The position numbers and the translations under genes are program-made. A model generated the notes under the pieces. That model saw nothing but the letters and a program-made list of their open reading frames with translations. It was not told the DNA's origin and did no database searches. Positions 1-9,238 of a stretch of DNA of 64,000 nucleotides are shown in pieces (within the stretch, counting starts at the first letter, position 1; the number at the start of each line of letters is the position of its first letter). The stretch is from a virus. The stretch spans positions 6,729-70,728 of the IMG/VR virus record IMGVR_UViG_3300037851_000445; one strand, written 5' to 3'.

Positions 1-726
1 TACTGGCTCGCCGACCGGCGTGATCAGCTCGCGTTCCTCACTCTCTCGGGTGTGTCGTACGCGTACAAGACCGACGGCACCGCGCGCACGGGCTCGCAGC
101 TGAGCCTGCTCGAGTTCGCCGCCGACGTGGCAGCGCCCTCGACCTACCGGCGCCTGCGCTGGGACGTGGGGACCCCCAACAGCCTGATCACCGGCGCGGC
201 GACGACCGACGTTGCGGCGGCGGACACGCCGAGCTACGAGATGATCGTGGCGCTCAAGGCGTACGCGAAGGACAACTTCATCAAGGGCATTCGCGAGGGT
301 TCGGAAGAGACCTACCACCTCTTCATGACGCCGCAAGGCATCCGGCGTCTCAAGATGGACCAGAACTACCTCGACGCGATGAAGCATGCTCAGCCGCGCG
401 GCGACATGAACCCGCTCTTCACGGGGGCTGTGGCGAAGATCGACGGCGTCTACATCCACGAGTTCCGGCACGTCTACCACTCCTCGACCTGGGGCGGCGG
501 TTCGCAGGCCGGCCAGCAAGCTCTGTTCTGCGGCGCGCAGGCTCTCGCCAGCTGCGACCTGGGTCCGGCGGGCTGGGTGGAAGAGTACGACGACTACGAG
601 AACCAGTCGGCGATCGCGATCGACAAGATGTTCGGCCTGCTCAAGCCGAGCTTCATCACGCAGTACGGGCAGGGTGCGGGCACGTCGCAGGACTTCGGCG
701 TGATCTCCTGCTACACCGCGGTCTAA
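1..726 (+). CDS. Major capsid protein, N4-gp56/DUF4043-like (5' partial)
   Basis: Frame is open from base 1 (YWLADRRDQLAFLTLSG...). C-terminal GAQALA...WVEEYDDYENQ..IAIDKMFGLLKP..F...DFGVI pattern is typical of this MCP family, and the gene heads the structural arm. Confidence 0.85.
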   Translation, partial: YWLADRRDQLAFLTLSGVSYAYKTDGTARTGSQLSLLEFAADVAAPSTYRRLRWDVGTPNSLITGAATTDVAAADTPSYEMIVALKAYAKDNFIKGIREGSEETYHLFMTPQGIRRLKMDQNYLDAMKHAQPRGDMNPLFTGAVAKIDGVYIHEFRHVYHSSTWGGGSQAGQQALFCGAQALASCDLGPAGWVEEYDDYENQSAIAIDKMFGLLKPSFITQYGQGAGTSQDFGVISCYTAV

Positions 727-753
727 CCACCGAGCGAGGAAAGGAGATACACC

Positions 754-1188
754 ATGGCTCTGCTCAAGAAGAACCGCACCGGTCAGTTCCCGATCGTGCT
801 GCAGTTCAGCTTCAACGCGACCGACACGATGGTCGACACGCTCGGCGCCACCCAGTCGTTCAATGACGACGGGAAGGCGTTCGATGTGGCGAACGTGCCG
901 ATCAACGGCGAGATCGTCGGCGGCCACCTCTCGGTGGTCACCGCCAGCGACGCCGCGACCACGCATACGTGTTCCGTCGGGGACTCGGGTTCGGCGACGC
1001 GCTACGCGTCGACGGTCAACCTGAAGTCCGCGGGCTCCACCGAGCTCACCCGGACCGGCTACCGCCATGCCTCGGGCGCTCCCCTGCGCCTGACCATCGC
1101 GCGCACCGGCGCCGCGGCCACCGTCGGTACGTTCCGCCTCACGGCGTTCGTGATCGGCGCGGATCGCGTGAACGAGAACGCGCTCTAA
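754..1188 (+). CDS. Capsid decoration/cement protein (putative)
   Basis: 144-aa beta-rich ORF directly after MCP, strong AGGA/GGAG SD, followed by a terminator. Confidence 0.6.
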   Translation: MALLKKNRTGQFPIVLQFSFNATDTMVDTLGATQSFNDDGKAFDVANVPINGEIVGGHLSVVTASDAATTHTCSVGDSGSATRYASTVNLKSAGSTELTRTGYRHASGAPLRLTIARTGAAATVGTFRLTAFVIGADRVNENAL

Positions 1189-1198
1189 GCGGCAACAC

Positions 1199-1229
1199 CC
1201 CGGGGGCCACAAGCCCCCGGGTTTCCTTC
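1199..1229 (+). terminator. Rho-independent terminator after capsid genes
   Basis: 9-bp stem CCCGGGGGC/GCCCCCGGG, 5-nt loop, then TTTCCTTC. Confidence 0.65.
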
Positions 1230-1249
1230 ACACGACAGGAGACTTCCAC

Positions 1250-1648
1250 GTGAAGTTCGTTTCGAATCGCAACATCGTCGTCGCTTCCACTACCGGCAAC
1301 GCGGTCCGCTTCGAGAAGGGCGTCCCGCAGTTCGTGCCGAAGAGCATGCACGCGGAGGTTCTCGAGAAGGGCATCCTACCCGCCGAGGACGACACGGGCG
1401 AGGCGCTCAACGTCGAGGACGATGAGCAGGCGCGCGTGATCCTGGGCCTGGACGAGCGGGCGCAGAAGATCGCGGAGGCGTGCACGAAGGTTGCGGAGAC
1501 GAACCGAGGAGACGACTTCACCGCCGCCGGCGCCCCGCGCGCCGACGTCGTGTCGCAGATAGCCGGGTTCCGGACGAACTCGAAAGAGGTCGGTGTGGTG
1601 TGGGCGAAGATCAAGCCCGGGATTCTGCAGGCTAAGATGACGGCGTAA
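1250..1648 (+). CDS. Hypothetical head-associated protein
   Basis: 132-aa ORF, CAGGAG SD, GTG start, in the structural operon. Confidence 0.6.
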   Translation: MKFVSNRNIVVASTTGNAVRFEKGVPQFVPKSMHAEVLEKGILPAEDDTGEALNVEDDEQARVILGLDERAQKIAEACTKVAETNRGDDFTAAGAPRADVVSQIAGFRTNSKEVGVVWAKIKPGILQAKMTA

Positions 1649-1651
1649 GCC

Positions 1652-2344
1652 ATGGCGCTGACGCTTGACCAGCTGCGTGAACGGTTCCGGCGCGAGGTGA
1701 GCGACACCGAAGCGCCGTACCTCTGGTCCGACGATGATGTGCTGGACTACATCATCGACGCCCAGGACATGTTCGTTCGGCTGACGGGCGGCATCGCCGA
1801 CACGTCGACTGCGGCGGTCTGCCAGGTCACTACGGCGATCGGGCAGCCGTTCAGCGCGCACTCTCCCTACATCCTGCGGATTCGGAGCGCGCGGCACGCG
1901 GATGGGCGGGACATCTCGCTCATCAGCGAGGGCGACTTGGGGCGCATCGGGTTTCTCGACTACGGTGTCTGGAACCCGCAGAAGTTGGACGACACACAGG
2001 GCCCGGTGACGCTTGGCGTCCTCGGACTCGAGGACAACAAGATCCGGTGGATCAACGTGCCGGAGGCGGTCGAGACGATCCACCTCCACGTACTGCGGCT
2101 GCCGTACCCGCGCATTACGGACTGGGACGACACGGGCAATGCGCTGGTGATCGGTGAACAGCATCACCGGCACCTGCTCCGGTGGATGAAGCACCTCGCC
2201 TATGGGCGGGAGGACAGCGAGACGTACGACAAGACGCTGTCCGAGGAGAACGAGGCGGCGTTCCGCTCGTACTGCGCCGACGCGCGCGCAGAGATCGAGC
2301 GCGCCAAGTTCAAGCCGCGTGTGGTACGATACAGGGGGCTGTAG
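1652..2344 (+). CDS. Head-tail adaptor / tail tubular A-like protein
   Basis: MALTLDQLRERFRREVSD..PYLWSDDDVLDYI.DAQ N-terminus and HHRHLLRWMKHLAY motif resemble podophage adaptors; position after the capsid genes fits. Confidence 0.65.
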   Translation: MALTLDQLRERFRREVSDTEAPYLWSDDDVLDYIIDAQDMFVRLTGGIADTSTAAVCQVTTAIGQPFSAHSPYILRIRSARHADGRDISLISEGDLGRIGFLDYGVWNPQKLDDTQGPVTLGVLGLEDNKIRWINVPEAVETIHLHVLRLPYPRITDWDDTGNALVIGEQHHRHLLRWMKHLAYGREDSETYDKTLSEENEAAFRSYCADARAEIERAKFKPRVVRYRGL

Positions 2345-2638
2345 ATGGCGTCGTTCCCCTCACTGGTTAAGCAGCCGAGCGAGAACCGCCTCTACTCGAT
2401 GGACTTCTCCGGCCTCATGGCTTCGGGGGAGCTCATCACGGGGTGCACGATGACCCCGGCGCACGAAGTGACGACGCCACCGCTCGTGGTCGGCACCCCG
2501 GTGTATGCGGGGCAGATTGCGCAAGTGCGCATCAGCGGCGGTCTCGCGGGGACGACGTACAAGATCACGTTCCTCGTGACGACCAACGGCGGCAATACCC
2601 TCGAAGGTGAGGGCAACATGATCGTACGGGAGATCTGA
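2345..2638 (+). CDS. Small beta-sandwich fibre-adaptor-like protein
   Basis: KQPSENRLYSMDF..L..GE.I ... VRISGG.AGTTYKITF.VTTNGGNTLE pattern, typical of small virion proteins next to fibre genes. Confidence 0.55.
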   Translation: MASFPSLVKQPSENRLYSMDFSGLMASGELITGCTMTPAHEVTTPPLVVGTPVYAGQIAQVRISGGLAGTTYKITFLVTTNGGNTLEGEGNMIVREI

Positions 2639-2862
2639 TGCTTTCGTTGTTTAAGGTGGTACCGAGGCAAATCGAGTTTTCGGCCGTAGTCCTGAACGCG
2701 GACGGAACGATGAAGGAAGACCTGGGCGCGGTTTGCTACTGGCACCGCAACCCGCTCAAGAGGGCGGTCTACTGGGTGAAAGGGAAGTGCGCCGGGAAGC
2801 GTGTCCGGCTCATGTCCCGCACCGAGGCGATCGCGGTTGGGGACAAGTTGCGGAGCCACTGA
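2638..2862 (+). CDS. Hypothetical protein (74 aa)
   Basis: Stop/start overlap with the upstream gene; fills the gap in the operon. Confidence 0.5.
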   Translation: MLSLFKVVPRQIEFSAVVLNADGTMKEDLGAVCYWHRNPLKRAVYWVKGKCAGKRVRLMSRTEAIAVGDKLRSH

Positions 2863-2875
2863 CAAGGAGAACTCC

Positions 2876-3244
2876 ATGGCCACAGTAGTTACCAACGCCG
2901 GTCTGGCGATCATCACGAACCGCATCAAGGGTTCCGGCACCGAGCCGCTCTACGTCGCCTGGGGCACGGGCGCCGGCACTGCGGCCGTGGGCGACACGAC
3001 CCTCTTCACCGAGGCGTCGGAGTCGCGCGTGTCGGGCACCTCGACCCGGGTCACCACGTCGCAGACGAACGACACCTACCAGGTGGTCGGGACTCTGACC
3101 GCGGACGCGAGCAAGACCATCACCAACGCGGGGCTGTTCGACGCTTCGACGTCCGGTAACCTGTTCGTGAAGGGGGACTTCACCGGCGTCGCTCTGGCGC
3201 TCGGCGAGTCGATCCAGTTCACGATCAAGGTTCAGTTCAGCTAA
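2876..3244 (+). CDS. Virion structural protein (collar/fibre-associated, putative)
   Basis: AAGGAG SD then ATG at 2876; VVTNAGL..I...YVAWGTG....DTTLFTE...ITNAGLFDASTSGNLF pattern. Confidence 0.65.
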   Translation: MATVVTNAGLAIITNRIKGSGTEPLYVAWGTGAGTAAVGDTTLFTEASESRVSGTSTRVTTSQTNDTYQVVGTLTADASKTITNAGLFDASTSGNLFVKGDFTGVALALGESIQFTIKVQFS

Positions 3245-3303
3245 GCACGCGGCCCGCCTGCTCCCTTGGGCGCCGGCGGGCTGCTGCGCCCGAGGAGCAG
3301 CGC

Positions 3304-4416
3304 ATGCACACGCATAGCCAACGGCTCGAGCGCTGGCTCGGGGCCGAGAACGTCGATAGTGTGTCGCGCGCGATGCGCGACTGGTACGGCCCGCCCATCG
3401 CGCTTCACGGCGCGCCCGGGCAGGTATGGGCGGCGAAGGGCGGCGACTTCGTAGGGGCGATCGACGCCGGCTACGAGGCGTCGGCCCTCGATCGCTTCGC
3501 CGACATCCACAAGCGCGAGGTCACCCGGCGCCGCGCGCGCCTTGCAAGGGCGTGGAAGCAGCACGGGGCGATCACGTCGCTCGATGAGTGCATCGCCGCG
3601 GTCGCCGCCGGCGGTCGCCGGGACTTCAATTTCAACAAGGCCGGCTCGACGGGCGTCGCCGGGGTGACGAACAGCCTGTGGGGCGTCGGCTCCATGCCGG
3701 CCGCCGGCGCGAATGCCGCGAACGCTCCGGGCGGGGAGTCCCCCACGGACGCCACTACGGGCGCGTTCACGTTCGATAACCCGTCGAGCGGCACGCAGCA
3801 TGTCCTGATGGGCTACCCTGTCGCGAGCGTCGCGGCGAACACGCTCCTTCTGTACGACCGGCTGTTCCAGGTCAACAAGACCATGAACAGCACGGCCACC
3901 GAGGCTGTGACTGGAACGCAGTCGCGCTACGCCAGCACCACGGCCGGCGCTGCGGACTCGGCGGAGGGCAACTTCCTGTTCATCGAGGTCGGCGGCACGG
4001 CGCTCGCCGCGACCGCGCACAACTGGACCGTCTGCACCTACACTGACCAGTCGGGCAACACAGGCGCTACGCTTCCGTCTGTGACGGGGAACTCGGGCGC
4101 GATTGTGCGTCGCCTGGATCACCCCACGTCCCAGTGGTTCGCACCGCTCGCGTCTGGTGACACCGGCATCCGCTACCTCACGCAGATGCAGTGCTCGGCC
4201 GCCGTGGCGACAGGCGTCATCAACTTCGTCATCGGGCACCCGCTGGCGTGGATGCCGTGCCCCATCGCGAACCACGTGTGCGTGTACGACGGCGTCACCT
4301 CTTCGTTCAGTCTCGTGAGGGTCATGGACGACGCCGCGCTCGCGTTCCTCGAAATCTGCAAGCCGGCTACGACCGCGACGACCTACACGGGGCAGTTTTC
4401 CACGATCCGGGGGTAG
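3304..4416 (+). CDS. Virion structural/adhesin-like protein
   Basis: GAGGAG SD; 370 aa with a beta-rich C-terminal domain (SLW..G..PAAG...PT..TTGAF.F.NP...LLLYDRL). Confidence 0.6.
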   Translation: MHTHSQRLERWLGAENVDSVSRAMRDWYGPPIALHGAPGQVWAAKGGDFVGAIDAGYEASALDRFADIHKREVTRRRARLARAWKQHGAITSLDECIAAVAAGGRRDFNFNKAGSTGVAGVTNSLWGVGSMPAAGANAANAPGGESPTDATTGAFTFDNPSSGTQHVLMGYPVASVAANTLLLYDRLFQVNKTMNSTATEAVTGTQSRYASTTAGAADSAEGNFLFIEVGGTALAATAHNWTVCTYTDQSGNTGATLPSVTGNSGAIVRRLDHPTSQWFAPLASGDTGIRYLTQMQCSAAVATGVINFVIGHPLAWMPCPIANHVCVYDGVTSSFSLVRVMDDAALAFLEICKPATTATTYTGQFSTIRG

Positions 4417-4419
4417 GTC

Positions 4420-5718
4420 GTGGGCTGGATCGTTGGAAGCGGGCGTCGACAGTGGCTCGGCATCTACATCGGGTACCGGATCCCGATCAAGACGCCGTCG
4501 GGCGGCGGTACCACGTACCTCACTCTGACGTCGAACATCTGCGACACCGCGCCCACGCTGACGAAGCTGGCCGCGTACCTGCGCACTATGACCCAAGTGT
4601 CGACGGCGTCGGCGACCAGGACGCGCGAGGTCCGTTACATCCGTGCGACGCTGAGCGACTCCACGCCGGTGTTCACGCGCCTCGTCAGCTATACTCGGAC
4701 TGCGGCCGCCACCGCGACCGCTACGCGCTTGCGCCTCATCAGCTACACTCGGGCCGTGGCCAGCACCGCGGCTGCGACTATCACGAAGCTGTTTGGCTTC
4801 GCCCGTACGCTCTCAGCCGCTGCGACCTCGGTCGCGACGCGCTCGCGCCTCATCAGCTATGCCCGCGCCGCGCTCAGTGACACGACGCCTATGCGCGTCA
4901 ATCAGGTCTGGAAGAGCCTGTCTGTCGCCGCTATTGGTCAAGCGGCGCGACTCCGCACGGTGAACCTGATCCGCTCCGTGCTGTCTGACACAACGCCGGC
5001 GCTTGAGAAGGCGAAGTTCGTGCTCAGGGAACTGGTTGCCGCGGCCGTCGCCGCAGCGACGCGCAGCCGCCTGGTGCTCAGGAACTGGGCACTCAGTGCG
5101 CTTGGAACCCCAACGCGCATCCGTCTGATTTCGCGTACAATGTCGGATGCCGTCACCGGCGCCGCCACCATCGTCGGCCTCAAGGTTCTGTTCAAGGTCC
5201 TGAGCGCCGCCGCCACCACCGCCGCGACGCGCGTCCGCGCGATCTTTCTAGCTCGCGTGGCCGCGGTAACCAGCACGGCAACTCGTATCAGGGAGATTCG
5301 TATGAACTGGAACCTTGCAGTCACCGCAGCTGCGTCCCGAGTCCGCGAAATACTCAGGGCCCTGAGTGAAATCGTGACGAGTGGCGCGGCGCTCACGAAG
5401 CTCAAACTCGTGGCGAGAGAACTCATGGCGGCGGTCGCGACGACTGCGACCCGCGTGCGGAGCATCTACCGCGTAATCTCCGCAGGAGTCGCGACGAGCG
5501 CCGACCGCATGCGGGAGATCCAGCGCGTCCTGGCCCGCGTGGTGGCCGCAGCAGGGGACCTGGCGAAGTCGAGGTTTGTGACGAAACTGCTGTCCGTGGT
5601 GTCGTCCGCGGGGGCTAGCCTCGTGGCTTCCACTACCGCGGTTGTGAAGCCCGCGCTCGATACGCTCTGGAACGCGGCGAAGCGGCTCTCTATCTGGAAG
5701 GCGGGGAACCCGAAATGA
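4420..5718 (+). CDS. Arg-rich 19-aa-repeat fibre-like protein 1
   Basis: Tandem xRxLSxxxxxxATRxRxx repeats and Trp-spaced C-terminus; paralogous to 8084 and 9238 ORFs. Confidence 0.7.
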   Translation: MGWIVGSGRRQWLGIYIGYRIPIKTPSGGGTTYLTLTSNICDTAPTLTKLAAYLRTMTQVSTASATRTREVRYIRATLSDSTPVFTRLVSYTRTAAATATATRLRLISYTRAVASTAAATITKLFGFARTLSAAATSVATRSRLISYARAALSDTTPMRVNQVWKSLSVAAIGQAARLRTVNLIRSVLSDTTPALEKAKFVLRELVAAAVAAATRSRLVLRNWALSALGTPTRIRLISRTMSDAVTGAATIVGLKVLFKVLSAAATTAATRVRAIFLARVAAVTSTATRIREIRMNWNLAVTAAASRVREILRALSEIVTSGAALTKLKLVARELMAAVATTATRVRSIYRVISAGVATSADRMREIQRVLARVVAAAGDLAKSRFVTKLLSVVSSAGASLVASTTAVVKPALDTLWNAAKRLSIWKAGNPK

Positions 5719-6683
5719 CCCGCACCGTATACGTCTACAAGGACACGGACTCCAGCGCGCCGGTGCTGACCGGCACAGCGAACGACTTTGTCAACTTGCT
5801 CGACAAGTGCTTGGTGGCGGGGTACGGGTCGAAGTCCGCGGCTGGGTGGACGAAGCCGTACACTGGTACGAGCAAGGCAGCGTTCCGAAACGACACAACG
5901 GACGGGACGGGCACGTACTACCGGATTCAAGACGACCTGACCAGCACGAACCAGCGCTACGCGTACGTGACGATGTACGAGTCGATGAGCGGCATCGACT
6001 CCGGGACGAATCCGTGGAGGTCTACGAACGCAGAACTGGGTGTTCAGAAGTCGAACACCCAAGACTCCACCGCGCGGAAGTGGACGGTCGTGGCGGACAA
6101 CTGCGCTGCGCACATCATGATTCAGCACGGCGCGAACGGAACGGACTGGGAGTACGCGTTCATTGGCGACATCTTCAGCTTTGTACCGTCTGATGCGTAT
6201 CGAGGCTTCGTTATCGGGCGGTACGTTGCCTCGTCGATGGCTGGGTCGAGCTACACGTCTTACACGTCCGGGAACACCAACAGACTGGTTGGGGCGGCCG
6301 AGAATGGGCTAGGTGTAGTGCGCGCCCACACCGGCACGGGTAGCGCGATTGCGTGCGGGCTCCACACGGATGGGCACAAAGGTAACTCCAGCGGCTCGGC
6401 CAGTGCCTCGTACTTCGGCGGTAGCACGTTCGCCATGCTGGCGTACCCGAACGCAGTGAACAGCGGGCTGTTCGTGGCGCCGGTGTGGGTGCACCAGAAC
6501 ACGACGTCCCCCTACATCGTGCGCGGCTACATGCCCGGGCTGTGGGCGCCGCTGCACAACCGCGGACCGGCCAACAACGACACGTACAGCGGGTCCGGGT
6601 CGCTCTCGGGTAAGACGTTTGAGGCATTCAACATCTACTCTTCCGGGCAGATCCACATCGAAACGTCTAACACCTGGTCCTGA
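5715..6683 (+). CDS. Tail fibre/receptor-binding-type protein A
   Basis: N-terminus VYKDTDSSAPVLTGTANDFVNLLDKCLVAGYGSKSAAGWTK resembles proteobacterial phage fibre proteins; paralog of the next gene. Confidence 0.65.
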   Translation: MTRTVYVYKDTDSSAPVLTGTANDFVNLLDKCLVAGYGSKSAAGWTKPYTGTSKAAFRNDTTDGTGTYYRIQDDLTSTNQRYAYVTMYESMSGIDSGTNPWRSTNAELGVQKSNTQDSTARKWTVVADNCAAHIMIQHGANGTDWEYAFIGDIFSFVPSDAYRGFVIGRYVASSMAGSSYTSYTSGNTNRLVGAAENGLGVVRAHTGTGSAIACGLHTDGHKGNSSGSASASYFGGSTFAMLAYPNAVNSGLFVAPVWVHQNTTSPYIVRGYMPGLWAPLHNRGPANNDTYSGSGSLSGKTFEAFNIYSSGQIHIETSNTWS

Positions 6684-6686
6684 GCC

Positions 6687-7649
6687 ATGGCGATCACCAC
6701 TTACAAATCGAGCGATGCGAGCGCGCCGAGCATTGCGCGGGCGGCGGGGGATCTCATCACGCTACTCGACGCGGTGCTCGTCAACGGCTACGGTTCCAAG
6801 TCCGCGGCTGGGTGGACGAAGGAATACAGCGGTACTAACAAGGCCGTGTACAAGCAGGGCACAGGGTCCAGCGGGAAGTACCTCCGGGTCGTGGACGACG
6901 GGACGGACTACTGTGGCGGCGCGGTAGCGGACATTCAGGTGTCGGATGGGGCGTCGGGTATCGACACCGTGACCGGCGTCAGTATCGGGGCGACGACGGC
7001 GACGTACTACATCCACAAGCCCGATTCCGTAGCGAATCGCGGCTCGTGGGTCATGTACGCGGACTCCAAGGCGTTCTACCTACTCACGCAGCGCGCGCCG
7101 ACAACGGCCGTTACGGATTCGCACGTGTCGTACTCTGTCTCGTTCTTTGGGGACGCGATCTCATACGCGCCGACCACCGACGCGTACCGGTTCTTCACGC
7201 TGTCGGACCAGAGCTCTTCCCCCAGCTCGTCCGTTCCGCTGTACTCCATGTCGACGACCGCGCTCGGCGGGGTCCCGGGCGGTTTCCATGGGGACCCGAG
7301 CGGGCGGTGGGACAACGGCATCACGACGTACCTGTGCTCGGGCCATCCCGGGTTCATGGACCAGGTCGTCTACCCCAGCTACATCGCCAAAGGGCTGCTA
7401 GCGTTCCCCGTGTATCTGGTGCATTCGTCGGTGCTGCGCTCCGGCCCGGAAGTGCGCGGGAGGCTTCCTGGTGTGTTCGTGGCTCCGTTCTCTTCCACGT
7501 CGCAGTTCTACATCAAGAACGGGGACAGCTTCACGTTCTCCAGCGGCGACCTGAACGGCAAGACGCTCGAGGCTCGGTACATCCTAGGCGGCGGGGCCTA
7601 CGGCGGCCGGCTGGCGCTGTTCGAGACCTCTAACACCTGGGGGAACTGA
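6687..7649 (+). CDS. Tail fibre/receptor-binding-type protein B
   Basis: YKSSDASAPSI..AAGDLITLLDAVLVNGYGSKSAAGWTKEY; shares N- and C-terminal (ETSNTW) motifs with 5715..6683. Confidence 0.65.
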   Translation: MAITTYKSSDASAPSIARAAGDLITLLDAVLVNGYGSKSAAGWTKEYSGTNKAVYKQGTGSSGKYLRVVDDGTDYCGGAVADIQVSDGASGIDTVTGVSIGATTATYYIHKPDSVANRGSWVMYADSKAFYLLTQRAPTTAVTDSHVSYSVSFFGDAISYAPTTDAYRFFTLSDQSSSPSSSVPLYSMSTTALGGVPGGFHGDPSGRWDNGITTYLCSGHPGFMDQVVYPSYIAKGLLAFPVYLVHSSVLRSGPEVRGRLPGVFVAPFSSTSQFYIKNGDSFTFSSGDLNGKTLEARYILGGGAYGGRLALFETSNTWGN

Positions 7650-8080
7650 TGGCGGACCTGGGCACCATCGGATACAGCGTCGAGACGCAGCGCAGCACGC
7701 GGATCCCGTCGATCACGAACAACACCTCGGGAAAGGCCGGCGTGTCGCAGGCTGGTGCGAAGCAGCTGGACAGTTTGGTTGTTGGGCGGTCGCTCGTCAT
7801 TACGTCCGTGCCGGAACACGGCCACAGGTTGCAGTCCTCGGGAACTTACCTGGTGACCGGCACAGTGTATGAGTCGGGGACCCCGAAGAGCAACTGGCTC
7901 GTTCGCCTGTACCGGCGCGACAACGGCGTGTGGCTTGGCGACGCTCGGACGAACGGGACCGGGTCGTTCTTCTTCACGGTGATCGGGTATAACGGGGAGG
8001 TCACGTGCGTGGCGTACGACGACACGTCTGTAAGTCCGGACTACAATGCCCTCGTTTACGATCGTGTGATCCCGGTGTGA
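7649..8080 (+). CDS. Small fibre-associated protein with transthyretin/carboxypeptidase-regulatory-like fold
   Basis: VTGTVYESGTP...VRLYRRDNG..LG.ARTNGTGSF.F...AYDD...DYNALVYDRVIPV pattern. Confidence 0.55.
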   Translation: MADLGTIGYSVETQRSTRIPSITNNTSGKAGVSQAGAKQLDSLVVGRSLVITSVPEHGHRLQSSGTYLVTGTVYESGTPKSNWLVRLYRRDNGVWLGDARTNGTGSFFFTVIGYNGEVTCVAYDDTSVSPDYNALVYDRVIPV

Positions 8081-8083
8081 CCG

Positions 8084-9238
8084 ATGCCCTACAGCCCGCC
8101 GGCGGGGGACACCGTCAACTTCAGCTTCTCCGGTTCGGCGTACTCTCCGCCGGCCGGCAACAGCATCACGTTCGATTTTGTCGAGATCGGCGGGGCGATC
8201 AACCGCTACCTCACGGCTACATGCAATGTGGACGTGTCGTACGCGAGCATGCTGGCGAAGGTCCTGTTCGTCCAGGTGTACGGCGCGCTGTGGCCGCTGA
8301 TCCTGCGCGGCTTCTTCCGGACGATGTCCGCGTCCCGCTCGGTCGCGATGACGTGGGACCGCGTCACGATCCGGTACTTGAACCTGATCACCACGGCTGT
8401 GTCCTCGGCCGCGACGATGCGCCGGGACTTCGCTGTGTTCCTGACGCGCGTTGTGGCGGCGATGCCCTCGCGGCAGCGCGTCATCTCCCTTTCACGGAGC
8501 CTGGGCGCGAGCGTCGCCGGCACCCGGGTGAACGCCTTCCCTCGGACCCTGGTGGCTGCCGCCGCCGCCGGCGCCGCCCGCATCCGGCAGATCAGCCGCC
8601 GCCTCACCGCCGGCGCAAGCGGCGCGGCGCTCTTCCTCAAGGTGCGCCCGATGGTCATCTGGTTCACGGCGCACCCCGCGCCGGCGCTGCTCCGGCACCG
8701 GTGGATGACCCTCGCGACCGCGGTGGCCGGCGCGGCTTCGCGATCGCGGGCGGTGCAGCTTGCACGAGCCGCCAACTCGGCCCTTACAGGCACTTTTAGT
8801 CGGAAAGTCGTCAAAACCCTGTCCGCGGCCTCGCTTGTGCTGGCTATGCGCGCTCGTACGGTCGGGAAGACCCTCGCGGCGCTCGCCCGCGCAACGCCGC
8901 GCGCGCAGCGCGCCCTGCTCCGCGAGCTGACCGCCGACGTTGCGGGCGCCGCCGCGCTCGAGCGTCCGCGTCTGCTCCCCCGCCTCCTAACCGCCACAGT
9001 GAGCGCGGCCTCTTCGATTCTCCGAAACTATGGGAAGCTGCTTTTCGTCTCCGTGCCGGCCCTGCTTTCTCTCTCGCGCGTCCGAGGGGCCTTCAGGCGC
9101 GTCCTGGACCCGCGTGAGTGGCGCGCGCAGGCGGTGGTGACGGAGTGGCTGCTGGACGCCCGATCGACGCGCTGGGGGGCTGAGGCGCGGTCTGCGACGT
9201 GGACGCCGGCGCCTGACGACGTGCCGAGGGAACCGTAA
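8084..9238 (+). CDS. Arg-rich 19-aa-repeat fibre-like protein 2
   Basis: Duplicated N-terminal YSPPAG..(V/I)xFxF motif, then 19-aa repeats and a C-terminus with Trp every 9 residues. Confidence 0.7.
   Translation: MPYSPPAGDTVNFSFSGSAYSPPAGNSITFDFVEIGGAINRYLTATCNVDVSYASMLAKVLFVQVYGALWPLILRGFFRTMSASRSVAMTWDRVTIRYLNLITTAVSSAATMRRDFAVFLTRVVAAMPSRQRVISLSRSLGASVAGTRVNAFPRTLVAAAAAGAARIRQISRRLTAGASGAALFLKVRPMVIWFTAHPAPALLRHRWMTLATAVAGAASRSRAVQLARAANSALTGTFSRKVVKTLSAASLVLAMRARTVGKTLAALARATPRAQRALLRELTADVAGAAALERPRLLPRLLTATVSAASSILRNYGKLLFVSVPALLSLSRVRGAFRRVLDPREWRAQAVVTEWLLDARSTRWGAEARSATWTPAPDDVPREP

Noticed and set aside
1646-8086. Repeated in-frame stop-NNN-start junctions (1648/1652, 2344/2345, 4416/4420, 6683/6687, 8080/8084) suggesting read-through or stop recoding
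   Set aside because: All three stop codons are involved, downstream genes have their own starts, and long genes are uninterrupted in code 11, so this is ordinary tight packing.
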